Assembly (NCBI GenBank): GCA_051294375.1
Contig: CM119270.1
Coordinates: 5,340,152 to 5,404,151 of the forward strand
DNA: 64,000 nt
DNA from: Paraspadella gotoi
Lineage: Eukaryota; Animalia; Chaetognatha
Direction: 5' to 3'
Part shown: one piece after another, positions 62,850 to 64,000 of the stretch
Position numbering within the stretch: position 1 is the first letter of the stretch
How the letters are laid out: each line of letters opens with the position of its first letter
Made by a program: the position numbers and the translations under genes
Notes under the pieces: model-generated
What the model was told of the DNA's origin: nothing
Database searches by the model: none
Seen by the model: only the letters and a program-made list of their open reading frames with translations

Positions 62850-64000
62850 GGACTATTTTACTAAAAAATTATAAAAGGGGATTTTCATGGCAGGGAATTG
62901 ATTTTCTTGCTGGCAGAACCATGAATTTTTTGAACCAAAAAGCTTAGGAAATTCTTATTAGCTACGATTTTTTTCTCACAGCAGGATATATTTCTGCTTG
63001 CAGTACTTATTTTACTAAAAATATTAAAGGGGAATTTTTTTCTGGCAGAATGAATTTTTTTGCTGGCAGGGGAACAGTCATTTTTCAAACAAAATCTAAG
63101 GATAATCTTTTTGCAGGATTTTTTCTCACAGCAGAATTAATTTCCTGTTGGCAGGATTATTTTACTAAAAAGATATAAAGTGGGATTTTCATGGCAGGAA
63201 TGATTTTTTGTGGCAGGAACAGTCATTGTTTCAAACAAAATCTGAGGAAAATCTTTTTGGCAGGATTTTTTTTCTCACAGCAGAATAATTTCTGTTGCAG
63301 GACTATTTTACTAAAAATGATTAAAGGGGATTTTTTCATGCAGGAATGATTTTTTGTGGCAGGAACAGTCATTTTTCAAACAAATCATAGGAAATCTATT
63401 AGCAGGATTTTTTTCCGTGAAGCAGGAATAATTTCGTGTTGCAGGACGTATTTTACTAAAAATATTAAAGGGATTTCATTGGCAGGGAATGACTTTTTGC
63501 TGGCAGGAAACAGTCAATTTTTCAAACAAAATCCAAGAAAATCTTATTAGCAGGATTTTTTCTACAGCAGGATTAATTTCTGTTGGCAGGACTATTTTAC
63601 AAAAATATTAAAGGGGATTTTCATGGCAGGAATTGACTTTTTCTAGGCAGGAACAGTGCAATTTTTTAAACAAAAGCTTAGAAATCTTTTTAGCAGGATT
63701 TTTTTCTCACAGCAGATTAATTTCTGTTGGCAGGACTATTTTACTAAAAATATTAAAGGGATTTTTCATGGCAGGAATGATTTGTGCAGAACAGTCATTT
63801 TTCAAAACAAAATGCTTAGGAAATCTCTTTTTGCAGGATTTTTTTTCTGACAGCAGGATAATTTCTGTTGGCAGGACTATTTTACTAAAAATATTAAAGG
63901 GATTTTTTCATGGCAGGAATGACTTTTTGACTGCAGGAACAGTCATTTTTCAAACAAAATCAAGGAAATCTTTTTGCAGGATTTTTTTTCACAGCAGGAT
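62850..64000. repeat. Satellite DNA, ~146-bp unit, >=8 copies, runs off the window
   Basis: Unit starts gcaggactattttactaaaaatattaaaggg at ~62850, 63000, 63151, 63297, 63441, 63586, 63730 and 63871, with internal GCAGGA sub-repeats. Confidence 0.95.

Noticed and set aside
62850-64000. CRISPR array
   Set aside because: Whole units repeat with no unique spacers, the context is eukaryotic, and there are no cas genes.

Overview
Eukaryotic, most likely invertebrate-animal, draft-assembly sequence: GC-rich exons, AT-rich spliceosomal introns, (AG)n microsatellites, N gaps and indel-type consensus errors. I reconstructed four spliced genes by hand from splice sites and phases. They are (1) a >=970-aa low-complexity orphan gene (+, 190-12175); (2) a TMEM47/VAB-9-like claudin-superfamily gene with a cysteine-string N-terminus (-, 24302-22082); (3) an Akt/PKB-like kinase lacking a PH domain (-, 28975-26491); and (4) an FNDC4/5 (irisin-precursor)-like gene (-, >=58339-32437). 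One intron of the FNDC-like gene holds a nest of elements: a miniature LTR retroelement (TRIM) whose LTRs carry a tRNA-like Pol III promoter (Helenus/Cassandra-like), and inside it a 17.2-kb BEL/Pao element with about 7.9 kb of unexplained cargo between pol and the 3' LTR. Another intron holds an opposite-strand HHxxxDG condensation/acyltransferase pseudogene. Also present are a Penelope-type minimal hammerhead ribozyme in an inverted repeat, a second tRNA-box solo LTR, HINE/Helentron-like elements, three back-to-back kb-scale tandem duplications (probably assembly artefacts) and a ~146-bp satellite at the right end. Family assignments come from motif recognition by eye; no searches were run.
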